A model generated the notes under the pieces. It had not been told where the DNA came from, ran no database searches, and was given only the letters and a program-made list of their open reading frames with translations. Positions 46,918-47,591 of a stretch of 47,591 nucleotides of DNA are shown here, piece by piece. The position numbers and the translations under genes are program-made. Numbering within the stretch: position 1 is the first letter of the stretch; each line of letters opens with the position of its first letter. The DNA comes from a virus. The stretch lies in UHGV virus genome UHGV-1376410. One strand, written 5' to 3'.

Positions 46918-47591
46918 ATGGCTATTTGTGCAAATGATAATGGCATCATCACAGGTCGCCAGTCGCTCATCGAGCTGGCTGATGGCTGCTGGGATGCTGT
47001 GCCAGCAGAGGAAGACTGGAAGTTTTTTGCTCCCATGACCTCAAAAGGCGTCGACTTCAGCCCAAGCACCACTACCTCAGAGGCTGATGATGGCGATGGC
47101 TTTGTTGCGACGCTGGTCACTACCGCAGACCTCACCATTTCTGGTGATTTTGAAGTTCGCAAGGCCGACAAGGCTGATGAGTATGGCGTACATAACCTCA
47201 TCAAATACTTTGTCACCGAAGTAAAAGCGCGTCGCCAGCCGTCGCTGTGGGTTCGCCAGACCACCGGAAATACCGTTGTCGTTGCTTACTGCAACATTAC
47301 CGCACTGAGCTATGATGGTGGCACCAACGACATCATTACCGGATCGGTTGAATTTAAGCCGTATGATGGCTCTACCGTTGACGTGTCGAGCATCGAAGAT
47401 TTGACGCTGACCACTGATATCAGTGCAACCAAAAGCGTTGCTACTGGCGCCACTCTGACGCTCGGCCCGGTAGTTGCGGCTGGCGGTGTCGAGCCTTATA
47501 CCTACCAATGGTATAAAGGCACTTCGCCGATCAGCAGTGCTACTGCCAACACGTTCACCAAGACCACTGCTGCCGCAGGTGATGCTGGTAC
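46918..47591 (+). CDS. major tail protein with Ig-like (Big_2-type) C-terminal region, 5' partial (runs off the window)
   Basis: Strong SD, Thr/Ser/Gly-rich beta-type sequence, ...TGATLTLGPVVAAGGVEPYTYQWYKG Ig-like repeat; no stop within the window. Confidence 0.65.
   Translation, partial: MAICANDNGIITGRQSLIELADGCWDAVPAEEDWKFFAPMTSKGVDFSPSTTTSEADDGDGFVATLVTTADLTISGDFEVRKADKADEYGVHNLIKYFVTEVKARRQPSLWVRQTTGNTVVVAYCNITALSYDGGTNDIITGSVEFKPYDGSTVDVSSIEDLTLTTDISATKSVATGATLTLGPVVAAGGVEPYTYQWYKGTSPISSATANTFTKTTAAAGDAG

Noticed and set aside
1-47591. Search for a CRISPR array, integrase, attachment-site repeats, or a lysogeny repressor
   Set aside because: No spaced direct-repeat arrays, no tyrosine or serine recombinase motifs, and no CI-like repressor were seen. 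The element looks like a strictly lytic phage genome rather than a prophage.

Overview
This window looks like most of a lytic T1-like (Drexlerviridae-type) siphovirus genome from an enterobacterial host. The host assignment is an inference from the SSB C-terminal DDDIPF tail and a DnaN-like protein that I could align from memory to E. coli beta clamp. There is no integrase, repressor or attachment site. Gene order: a tail module at 1-12.5 kb on the + strand (assembly chaperone, 1099-aa tape measure, M/L/K-like minor tail proteins, an 826-aa tip protein, and an 820-aa tail fibre with a C-terminal SGNH esterase domain). A replication and recombination module follows on the - strand at 12.5-21 kb (SSB, Erf, PD-(D/E)XK exonuclease, VRR-NUC, SF2 helicase, divergent primase, large unknown proteins). 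A 400-bp divergent control region with GGGAAC/GTTCCC repeat arrays sits around 21.0-21.4 kb. After that come rightward small genes, TerS, TerL interrupted by a 363-aa LAGLIDADG intein in the P-loop, portal, head morphogenesis protein, the lysis cassette (endolysin, holin, overlapped spanins), scaffold, decoration and major capsid genes, connector and tail-completion genes, and the 5' part of the major tail protein at the window end. Several - strand cassettes with their own sigma70-type promoters are embedded in the late region; the most striking carries a ParB-like nuclease plus a truncated beta sliding clamp (DnaN domain II + partial III) homologue. Four free-standing homing-endonuclease genes are present (three HNH-AP2, one Zn-ribbon/T5orf172 type). 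A recurrent about-13-bp element (CAATCTACGTCAA / TTGACGTAGATTG, at least 15 copies) marks almost every transcription-unit boundary. Rho-independent terminators punctuate module ends. A 690-bp non-coding stretch with duplicated segments lies upstream of the major tail gene.
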